Part shown: positions 15,627 to 27,700 of the stretch, piece after piece
How the letters are laid out: each line of letters opens with the position of its first letter
How positions within the stretch are numbered: position 1 is the stretch's first letter
NCBI RefSeq assembly: GCF_035594765.1
Contig: NC_085844.1
Coordinates: 194,448,107 to 194,512,106, forward strand
Direction: 5' to 3'
Origin: Anolis carolinensis
Lineage: Eukaryota
Length of the DNA: 64,000 nucleotides
Notes under the pieces: model-generated
Databases searched by the model: none
Told to the model about the DNA's origin: nothing
Seen by the model: the letters and a program-made list of their open reading frames with translations, nothing else
Made by a program: the position numbers and the translations under genes

Positions 15627-15725
15627 GGCTGTAATGTCATGGAAGATCAGGACCTTCGGGAAATTGGTATTAGTGACCCACAGCATCGCAGAAAACTTCT
15701 ACAGGCTGCGCGTTCCCTTCCTAAG
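15627..15725 (+). CDS. ANKS1A: ANKS1A exon, C-terminal part of SAM1 ([33 protein letters not shown])
   Basis: ttcctgcag| acceptor, aag|gttaa donor, 99 nt, phase 0-0. Confidence 0.96.
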
Positions 15726-18700
15726 GTTAAACACATGCATATCTTCACATATAAACACAGTTAAAGTAGAATATTCTGGACTTGAATGGACAGACCATGT
15801 TACAGAAGCAAATTACAGTCTGCTATACTAATTGCACTGGGAGTAGAACTGCTTAGTAAGAAATAGAGAATATTCTATTTTTCACTGAACCTTTGAGTCA
15901 AACAGATCTTGAACTGTGAGCAATTAGAGTTAAGAAGAACAACATAAGCTTTGCTGCTTTTGAGAAAACAATCTTTTTGTAGACTAGCAGATACCATCAG
16001 AGCAGATGCAAACATTGTGAAGAATTACATACTGTCTAGCTTGACCCATGATGAAACCATTATTGCAGAAGTAATTCGACTGATAGCAGATTTACTAAGG
16101 AGTTGCTAAGTCACAAAACAGTTTTTCCTATTGTCGGCAGTGAAATACCTCGCTCTTGCTTGGTTGCCAATACAAACATAAAATGCACCAATAAAGCTTT
16201 TCCTTGTGTGACTCTATTACTGGAAATATAGGGCATTTCCAAATGTAACAACTGTACTTTGTACTGAATGGAGCATTAAGATTTTATGCGAGTTAAATTA
16301 CTCCTCCTGGAATAGAAAGTTTAGTATTCCATTCCAAAACATTCTGCTTCAAATAGATTTAAGCAGTAAACCAGGAAAACTGGTTTGCTTACTTAAAATG
16401 ATTTGCTTTTTGAAACACAAAGTAGCAGAAATCATTTTTTTCCCCTTAAGTTCCTGATTCTTGGTTATTTCTGAGCCAGTACATTCTTACACAAGCAGGT
16501 ATACTAGTGTTTTTTGGATTTTATTCTACTTGCAAAGATTGTTGTACCACTGATATACAGAATTGGGATCTATTGATTCCTTGACAGGCTTATCATTTGT
16601 CTCTTAGATGGAAACTTTTTCCCCCTGAAGGACTATATTCTCCTGGGGGTTAACTGTTGGGTTAGTTTGGGTGATGGACTAGGCTGAAGCCCACAATGAA
16701 CAGGGCCAAAAAAGTAGGTGAACCTCCCGCCATCTCTAATAAGCCCTTTTCTCTTCCCTCCCCAAACTGTGCCCCATTCATGAGGCCTGGAAAGAGATGG
16801 GTTGTTTTTACTAGAATTCAAATGTAATCACTTGGAAAAGGCCACATGAAATTAGGCTGAAGACAAGTCATGGTTTATTCCATTTGTATAGGGTCTTAAC
16901 TCACATTGACCTTATTAAGGGAGCTGTGAGATAAAGAAAATGTTGCATATAATTGAAATGTGATGGGCCATTTGTTCGGTAAGAAAAAGAAGTCTTGAGT
17001 TATTTGGAGCATAGTTTGGGGGATCTTTTGGAACAGAGATGGGTAGTCAACATTTACACCATCCAAATTCAAACACACATATGCTTTTTTTCCTTGGAAG
17101 AGAAAAAAGGCACTACCATAGGATCTACAGTAACTTTTCATGGACATATTATTGCTTCCATCTCATAGGAAATGATGGAGTGTTTGTTCTTCAAACGTCT
17201 TGCATAATAGGTGTAGCTAAATTTAATTTTGAGATAGGATCACATGGAAACCTTCTTTTTGTTAAGATCCAAGCTCTCTGAGTCTTGTGCTGTGTAAATA
17301 CTTTCTTCTCTTGCTGTCTGCAGGTGAAATCCTTGGGCTGCGATGGAACTCAGCCTTCGGTCCCTGCCTGGCTGGACTCCTTGGGGCTGCAGGACTACAT
17401 TCAATCATTCCTGTCAAGTGGCTATAGCTCTATAGACTCTGTGAAAAACCTCTGGGAACTAGAACTAGTAAATGTACGTTCCTAAGCTCCAGTTAAGAGC
17501 AAAATTCTGATACTTGCAGGACTATTTTCATATCGGCAATGTACAATATAGGAAGGATCTGGTGTGGGGGTTTTTTTAAACCACTTTCTCCATCTCTTCA
17601 GGTGCTCAAGGTAAATCTTCTCGGGCATCGTAAACGCATAATAGCCTCTCTGGCAGACAGACCATATGAAGAACCCCCACAAAAGCCACCACGGTTTTCT
17701 CAGCTAAGGGTGAGTCACAATATTTCAAATTTCCTGCTTATTTTTATAGAACATGTGTTCTTGATTTCTATTGTCCTTTTAACCATCTCTTCACTAACTA
17801 TGAAAACCATAGCCCTCTGTAGGGAGACATGAAGCACAAGCCTCTGGATTTTAGCAATGTTAACAGAGGGCTCGTGTGCGTCAGAAGAGTTCTACACGGG
17901 GTTTCAGTATGAATGTTGGAAATGCAGAATTCATACTTCTCTCCCAAATATACTTTCTTTTCCTTTGAAATTATCTCAGAGGAAAGCCTAATTTGTAAAA
18001 TTTGCTATATATTGATGAAGAGTGGAAAAAGCCAAATAAAAGAACAGCTGCACCAGCATATTCCCCCAAACATTTCCCCTGCCATTGAGATTTAAAACTA
18101 GAAAGGTTAGAAAGAGCATCCTTTTGGAAAGCACGGGAAATACTTATTTTTTAAAAAATCAGTAAGAGCTTTTATTCCAAATGAGAAAGAAATGTACTTG
18201 TCTTCCTTTGTCTTGGTTCAAACTTTACAGTTGTTATATTTATCTTTTTTGGCAGAATTGATAAATTCATTTAGGTTTAATCTGTGACTCCATTTTCCAC
18301 TGGTAGGATTCATGAGACTTGTCTTTAATCCACTACTATCTTTTTTTTCTATTGGTAGTTCAGTGCCACAGCTTAAATGCATCCTTGATATGGAAAATAG
18401 AATACACTGAACAATGTGTCATTAGGTGTGCTTTAGCTAAACTTTATTCTATTTTTCCAGACCCCCAATATTAGTCCCAAATTATGCTCTAAAAAGCAGA
18501 AGACTGTAGTTAGAATAACAGTAGCTTTAACTTTTTATAGAGACTATAACCTATTGTTAATTTTGTACAAAATAAAAGAAATAACATTCTTTACATCCTT
18601 TATTACATGACCCCAAATTTTATACTTGACTTATTCACAGGCCATATCAAAATTACTAATTTTGGCATGTATTCAACGTATACATAAGGTTGACTTATAT

Positions 18701-21700
18701 ATGAGTATATATATAGTTATGGTACAAAATGAAATTACACACAGCACCAATGATCCACTGGGGATAGTAATTGTGGAGGCTGATCTTCTATTTGTTCATC
18801 TATCCTGGTACTTACTCAAAAACAGTACACTCTTGCAATGTGTCAGCTGTTCTCTTCTAACTTAGATACATTGGTTCAGGTTTTGGAGGGGTTGATTTTC
18901 CGTCAAAAATGTCTTAATTTACACATATACAGTAGCGTGTGACTTGTATGCTTAGCCATTGCAATTCTTCCTGTTCAAAGGGGAAGTCTTAAGAATAAAA
19001 TTCAAGTGCTTTCAGAGTCACAAAAAAAGTCACGAAAACATGTCATGCAAAATTGCATACACAGTGGTGGTATGCTCAGCTCCTATTCTCTATAATTATC
19101 ACAGGATTTCTAGTAGATGATTTTAAGGAAATATTACACATCAAAACTATTGCAAACTGATAAAATTATGAATATTTATTAAATAATTTTAAAAGCCTAA
19201 TAATCTGCAGCAAATTGACAGTGCAGTTTCACCGATGACAGGGAGATATGTATGGACCCTTATTATCACAAACAGTAGATGAATAATGAAACCTGTTAAG
19301 AGATTTTCAGTCTGCAACATGGGGTCTCATGTGATTTGAATTGCCACCCAATCCAAGATCCTCTTCTCATACACTAGTCTAGATAACAGGAACATTTGTA
19401 ACCAAGGCTCACTCTCTCGTAGCTTTTTTTTTTTTTGACAGCAGAGAATAGTAGAATAGGTCAGAACTAATGTGTCTGACCTTACTGGCATTGCCAGCAG
19501 CAAAGTTACCCAAGGGAACCACATCTCTTGAAGTTGGTTCCTTGCAACCATCCAATGAAATATGATTGTCTGGAACATTTGCATCTGGCATAGTGGCCAT
19601 CCAGCAAATGGACTGCCCCACTATCATGAAGACATCCTGCATCAAGGAGCACCCCAGTTTACATTGTGAGAAACTGAGCATCCACTGCAAGTAAAATCAC
19701 AATTGTAGAGTGAGTGACTTCTGCTGCTTCTTCACCAATTCTGGCATATTAGTAGACATAAGAGGAAGGAAAATCCCATCCTGATTATTTTTTTCATATT
19801 TTGTAATTTAAAAAACAAACATACATACTACAAAAAAAAACAAATATAAACTTCCACAATATCCCACTCTGCAATCCCTCTCATCTTTATTATTTTTATT
19901 ATTCCTTTTTGAAGAAAGACGTCATTGCTTAGAACCATATTACACACTATTAACAAATATAAGTACTCAACTAAAAATGTAATTTTGAAGTTTGAGACCT
20001 AATTTTTTTCTGTATGTTAGGCTGAAGTGCATTGTTTCCTTACAGAAAGAATTCTCTTTACTTGTTAGTGGAGTTGCAGAAGGTTTTTTCCTTCATGACC
20101 TTAAAATGTAATAGGTAGTTAGCTGGCTGTGCTTTGATTCACTCACAACTGATAATGCTTTGTGGTGAACTGTCAGTCTTAATAGGACAGAGCCAAAGAG
20201 TGATTCATATTCTGTAGTAGACTTGCATTAATATCTCAAATGCATTGTTAGATCAGTGTGTACCATTTGATGCAAATGGTAGACCTGGACTTTCAGAGAA
20301 TATTTTTTCTAGTATTTCTTCTATCTGCGTTTTCAGGATGGATGTTAATTAATAGAACTGAATATCTTTCTTCTGGCTGTGTTGGTCTTAATAGTCATTA
20401 TTTACATATTTTAATGGATCTGCATCTACCTGAAGATACACAGATCATAATGCATATCTTTCTGATTGCAGTGCCAGGATTTGATATCCCAGACATCCTC
20501 ACCTCTGAGCCAAAGTGACTCTTACACTGGGAGGTCAGCAGATCTCCTGCTTCCCTTGGGGGATGCTGGAAAGAAGAGACATGAGGGCAGCCATGATACT
20601 GTTTCTTACCCCAGAACAGAGAGACTCAAGGTATAGGTTAAAAAAACCAGTTTGAAATGTGCTACTTTTTCTTGTTAGTGTCTCCTGTGGGGGTCACAGG
20701 CTGCAGTCAACTACTTCAGCTATTGCTGTGAAAGCAGTTGCCATCACTTTTTTTAGAAAAGGATGGTCCAGCAATCATTGCTGCGGAGAGAAATGTAGTA
20801 TTGCTTTCTACTCTGTAGGGGTACCCTACTGTAGTTAGTCTCTTGTTACTGTGTTCTCTGATCCCCCTGCACTTAGATAACCGCTGTCTGTCTTTTTCAA
20901 AAACACACACAGAATCACACACACACGTGGACAGTCACTTCTCATATTCCCACCTGCTCCACTGAGAAGTGACTCACTGCTTCTAGGGGAATGCCCAAGG
21001 ACTGCACCGGAGGGTAGGAAAAATAGCGCCTCTTCTGAGTGGCTGCCAGATCATCTCCGAAAAATGACTTGTCATTGGCTGTCAGGAGACACTAGGGCTG
21101 TTTGCTCACTAATGGGTTCTGACTCTTGCTGAAGCCAAGAGGGGGAGAGAGAAGGGCAGTTTCAAAAAGCAAGAACAGAACATTTTGAATTCACATTTTG
21201 AAGTTGAAGCAGGGAATTAATTTTGAAAATTAGTTTAAATTTGGTAAGTCGAAATAGCATTGTATACCCAAATTGACTACTTAGGGAAATTGTGAAGGCA
21301 CAAAATTTTTCAAGTACTGTTGGGATAAGTACATTTTCTTGCAATAATTTTAGTTAAAATTAAATGACAAACTAATTATGGTGGAATTAAAATGAACATT
21401 TGGGGGCTTGTAATCACATTACATTTGAATTAATTATAATGAGCATGTGTGCTTGTGCAGCCCCTCAGCTGATTTCTCATGGAGCTCTTGGGACCACAGG
21501 AGTATAGCTTCGTTTATTAGCTTGTAAGATGCTGTATGACTGTCATACTTTATTATGGTAGTAGGGAAGTAATCCTGACAGAAAAGCAGAGGAATTTGAT
21601 AGCAGTTGTGGCAGTTTCCCTGACTCGAGGAACACAGTGGTGAGCTATGGCTATTTGCTTTGAGGCTTCTGTTGTAGAAAAAGCAGCTGCTGTTTTAACA

Positions 21701-24700
21701 TTAAAAGCAATGTCTAGCTCTGGATGTTCCTGGTCTTTAATGCTTTGTGAATTTTTTAAGTGGGTTTTTATGCTAAAGATAAAACAGCTATCTTTTATCC
21801 CCTTCTCAAGTTGTGTTAATCTTCATATCTTTTATATGGTGTAATGCAGTGCTACTCAAAGTAGGGTCCTTAGGCAAATCACATTGTTTGCTTTACAGAA
21901 AGGCAAACCCGCCGTGAACAAATCTTGCCAAGAAAACTCTGATAAGGCTTCCATGATAGGGTTGCCGTAAGTCAGAAGCAGTTTGAAGGCACACAACAAA
22001 AAATGTTGGATTTGAAAGACTGCCAGTTGGATTGGCATGGTTCTTCTTACCAGACAGTGCTTAAACACCAGGATAGTGTTATGCACTGTGATTAAAGTCT
22101 AAATAATGTTTCATTTATTATTTAGAAATATTTATATACTGCTTAGATCCAAAACTTTTAAACCAATGAAATATAAAAGGTACTCAGTACCCAATGCACA
22201 GTAGAGCACGTGGCCCATGAAATAGATGTTAGCTTGTGCTAGATAGGGAAGGCTTGCATAAATTTTAAAATGTATCTAGAATTAAGAATAGTTGGAGCAT
22301 TGTGAATATCTAATGGAAGAGCATTCCGCATAGTAGCAACCACACACTAAACACTCTGCTCCAAACAGTTGCAGAGTGCACCTTCGGCACTGCCAGGAGG
22401 CCCTCTCCATATGACCCGATTGAGTGAATGAAAATATAAAGAAGGTTGCCTGTCAACTAACCAGCTCCCATTGTATATATGACTTTGTAAATGAGTAACG
22501 AAACCTTAAATGTGGCCCAGTAGCTAACAGGCGGGCAGTCCTTTTCTTTCAGCAGAGGTATCATGTACAACTAAGATTTGATCAATTGATCTTCCTGTTT
22601 TACTAGTCTAGTTAGCAGGGATTAGGAGATAGCACTGGATGCAAACTTTGGCAACTTTCCTCTCATTGTTGTTTTGAAAAAACTATAAACATCCAATTTT
22701 CCCCAGGTTTTTCAATTCTCTGTATTGTCTATATTCTAATAGGTAACTTTTTATTATGTAAAATCAAATATTTATGTTGATAACTAGAAGATCTGTGTGC
22801 ATGTAAACTACTTTAAGCTTTATGAAACACTGTATCAAAATATATAAAGGAAGGTCTCAGTAACCATGCTATATAACATTAATCTTCAGAAGACTTATTA
22901 AACAAATGTGTGTAATGTGATATGTTTAAGTTTTTACTTTCGCTATTATTGGTTAGTTATTACAAGTTTATATTGCTCTTGTTTTATTTATTGTATTGAT
23001 TGATTTGTTGTTTGTCTGTTTTTATGGCATTGAATGTTTGCCACTTTTGATGGAAACCACTCTTAAGTCTCCTCAGGGAGATAGGGCGGGTTACAAATAA
23101 ATAAGTAAATAAATAAATAAATAATCTCGGTGGCCTGATTCTGATTTAAACTGGCACTTGCATTTTCAGGAGGAACGTCATGAATCCAAACTTATGCTCA
23201 GACCCCCAAGTCTGGCTGCTCCTTATGCCCCTGTTCAACATTGGCAGCACCAGCCAGAGAAACTTATATTTGAGTCTTGTGGGTATGAAGCCAATGTAAG
23301 TATTTTCTAAATCATTATACAAATTAACGAATCTGGTGAATAATTACTATAAAACACAGGTGGACAAAGTGTGGCCAGTGGGTTTACGCACCCCTCTGCA
23401 GTCATTTTTGTGGCCTCCCCTGGAATTAGATTTTTTTTTACTCCAAAATGCCCAGAAGCAGCCTTTTTTTTGAAAATGGACAAGCATCTCTATTCACTCT
23501 TTCTGTGGTTAAAAAGTCCTCTCTGGGGACCAAAATGGCCAGGAGGCACTTAAAATGGCAGAACCCCCCCACCACCACCACCACCACTTAGAGGGTATTT
23601 GGTGCCTGGGAGATAACAGTGGAAGTCCAGTCCTCCAAGGTCATCACATATGCCTACTTCTGTTTATTGCTGTTTAGTTGTGATGGAGATGGAAAAGTTA
23701 TTCTCAAAAATACCGCGTAGAAAGGACATTGCCACCACATATGTACTGAATCTTTGCCCTTCCTGGCTCTTGAAATGAGCTAAAGGGGGACTGGCTGAGT
23801 GGATAAGGAGGGTGGTGAATGCCTCAGGGTAGCAAGTGAAATTCCAGTCCTACCCAAAGGAAGCTATAGTGAGGCCATTAAAGGTCTTAGAATCTAGTGG
23901 CTTTCCAGCTCCATGGATTTCTGCATGAAACAGTTTATCTAGATTAGTGTCCCATTTGACTTCAGTCCTGGCTATGGGCCTGAGACAATGGATGGCCTAT
24001 GTTGGTAACTGAGCAGGGTGTGTGTCCCTGTTGGTTCTGCTAAACCTATAAATCAATAGTGAATTGGATATTCATCTCTTAACGTGCTGCAAGATCCCAT
24101 TCTACAAACAATCATGCTAACAGTTACTTTTGCTTCTATCTCCCTGTCAGTATTTAGGATCCATGTTAATCAAAGATCTTCGAGGGACAGAATCAACACA
24201 GGATGCCTGTGCAAAAATGAGGGTAAGTTTCCACTTCTTCATAGAATGCAGCACCTATGTCCATCTTGAAAGAAAAACTGTATGTTCTGTTCACCCCATT
24301 TTTGAATCTTCAAATCAGAGCCCAGACCATACTAACTTAAGAATTAAACATGAAAATCTTTTCGTTTTCATAATTTCACAATCTGCCATCTTACGCTAGT
24401 CAAGATCTTTACTAGATTTCTTTAAAACTGTGGAATGGTTGACAGGTTATTGCTGACAAGAAAACTCAGTTTCTCTTTTTTAATGCGTACATATTGCAAA
24501 GATCATTCTGAAGTTATGAAATCCAAAATGTGTGTGTTGTTGGAGGCTTCTGAAATCTTGCTTGCCCATGACCCCACCCATAAAAAGAATAAGCATTTTG
24601 TCTTTTAATGAGGGTTTTCTTTCCTTTTGTGAAGAAATCTACAGAACATATGAAGAAGATCCCAACAATAATATTATCTATCACTTACAAAGGAGTGAAG

Positions 24701-27700
24701 TTCATAGATGCCTCTAACAAGGTAAGAAAAAAAATCCTACTGAAACCCTGAGAGCCATTGCTAGTATTAACTAAGAATGGGGAATCTCTGACCCATGGGC
24801 CAGATTAGGACTGAAAAGTGGAAGTCTCAAACCTGTCACAAGCTTTTCCCCGCTATTATCTTTGATCAGTGATTGGGGATAATGTATTAAGACACTTATC
24901 TAAAGTCCCAAAGGCTGACCTCTGATGTGCAACCTACAGAAGTGGCGCATGGAAGTGAGTTAAGCTTTTCACATGTTTAATGTTGTTGCAGTGTAGACCA
25001 CTTTGCATACAATTGAGCTATGCTTTATAGGCTTGGAAGGAAAATGTCAACATTGTTAATAATTTTGCTGGTGTTCAAACTCATTAGCTCTGTCCACCCC
25101 TGGGATGCAGTTCCTGAGATTTTTCCTACATTAGGCCCTATAAAAAAACCCGATCTGCCCCTAATACAAACGATACTGAGGTATGTGTGTGAGCTAGGGT
25201 TGCTAATTAATATGTAAGATTTCCTTTTTGAACTTCTATTACTTTGTATCATGATAACTTCAGAAAAGTTATCCCCATTTTTGAATCTGGGTCATATTAT
25301 TTTTCAGCCTGCTTAAGACAAGGATAGGCAGCTTGTAACCCCCTTATCCCCATGATGTAGTACTGCAATTCCTATCAGCTGAAATTACTGATAATAAGCA
25401 ACGATAGAGTTGTAGACCATAATCATCTGTAGAGTCAATTTATCCACCCCAACTTCAGAGAAGGTAAGATTATGACAGTTGCCAAAATTAGAAGTATTAA
25501 TTTATGTGAGGTTACTTGATGGCAATCAGTGGTTTGAATCAATGTATACATTAATGAAATGAAATGTTTTTTTTTGTGAATTTAAGGGTTTTTAAAGGCA
25601 GCTACACTGTATAATATTGAGCAAAACCTGGTGTTTGCTTATGTTTGGCAGAATGTTATTGCTGAACATGAAATCCGGAACATTTCCTGTGCTGCTCAAG
25701 ACCCAGAGGATCTCTGTACATTTGCATATATCACCAAGGACTTGCAGACTAGCCACCACTACTGTCATGTATTCAGTACCATTGATGTGGTAAGAGATGT
25801 GCAATAATAGAAGAGAATGTGTTTCATAGCTTCAGGGGTATGAAAAATAGATTTTGTGAAATACAATATGCTTGTTATAGGGACCTAGGAGTAAATACCT
25901 GCAATTTATTTAGTTTGTAAATGTAAATATATCCATGTGATTTATGTTTGTGGGCGATGTACTATGAACTATGGGGTAAATGGACCTGTATAAAGATTTA
26001 TTTATGAAGTTCTCATTGATTCGGGGAGTTTACTGTATTTATGACTAATTGAATGTATCCTAATCATAATCTATAGAGACATATACGCAGAAAAACTTGA
26101 GGAAGGTTGATTATGAGATTTTTTTTCCAGTGCCATATTTTAAATGTCATCCAGATCAATACCACAAAGGCCTGGCAAATACTTGAGGTCCATAAGTGAA
26201 CACTTCTCACCAATGCAATGGTTATCACTGTTTTTTGTTTCTTTCATTTAGTTTTGCTTGTAAAGATGTGACACTGAGGAATGATGTTCACCTATGAAGT
26301 TAGGCATTGGCTGTAAGCTACAGTAAAGTAGTCTTTAAGATATTATTTAGTGCCCTTTTTTGCTGAAGTAACGTATTTCTTTCTTTCTTTTCTCAAGAAT
26401 CTAACATATGAAATCATTTTGACACTGGGGCAAGCGTTTGAAGTAGCCTACCAGCTGGCTCTCCAAGCTCAAAAGTCAAAACCTCCAGGTGCTCTGACAG
26501 CTGAAACGATAGAAACAAAATCTTCTAAACCTGTGCCTAAGCCTCGAGCCAGCATGAGGAAATCAGCAGTATGTCATTTTTAAAATTCATCCTTGTATTT
26601 GTATTTAATGTGATGCAAGAGTACAGCAGACAAGAAAATACTGCCTGTGAAAATAACAATAGTCTCACGTTCTCCTTCTTTCTTATCTGGGTTCAGTTAT
26701 TTTAATTGATTCCATAAAGTCACTTTGGGTAAATGTAATATTTATGAACAAATTGTCCACCAATAGAAACAAAGAAAAATTACTGTATACTTTGAATTAT
26801 AGTACAATAATGTTTTATTTTTGAAGGATAATAAGCAGAACTAGTTATGCATGGTGTAGTGATTTAAGCATTGAGCTACACCTCTGGAGATTGGAGTTGA
26901 CATTCTTGCTTGGCTATGGAACCCCACTGGTTGACCTTGAGTAAATCAGTCTCTCAGCCTTAAAGAAAGGCAAAGATAAACCCCCTCTGAATAGATCTTG
27001 TCAAGTAAACTCTGTGATCGCAACAATAAGTGTACACTATGCATGTGGGACCAAAGAAACTCCACTACACAACATATGCTGATAGGAGAAAAAAGGAATT
27101 GTCCAGACAGCATGTTTCACTGTACCTTGTCTTTGCAAATGGTGACTGTACACGGAGTGTTGTGTTTGTACATTGCTGTTGTTCACTATTTATTGTATAA
27201 CAGCACATAGTCATTGACATGTGTTGCAGTGTTGTTATCCTGCATGGAGATGTTGCATCTTGTCTGTGTACAGATATTTATACTGTGCTGAGGGAATATT
27301 GGATTGCAGCCAAATTATATCACAAAAGTGAAAGCACAATTCAGATTTTTCTGGCCAGTATAAAAGATGTTCCTAACTCACAGTCAGGCCTTCTTCCTTT
27401 AAATATCCAAGCAAATGCTATCTTCCACACAGCTTGCCCTCTGTTCATGAAGATGAACCACAATGTATCTACAGCGCAACACTTGAATTTCTTGCTGACT
27501 GTTTATGAAATCTAGATTATGCAGATTGATCTGACTTTCTGCCTCCCATTTCCAAATTGGCCCAACTACCCTGTTTCCCTGAAAATAAGACATCCCCAAA
27601 AAATAAGACCTAGTAGAAGTTTTGCTGAATTGCTAAATATAAGGCCTCCCCCGAAAGTAAGACCTAGCAATGTTTTGTTTGGAAGCATGCCCGGTGCCCG

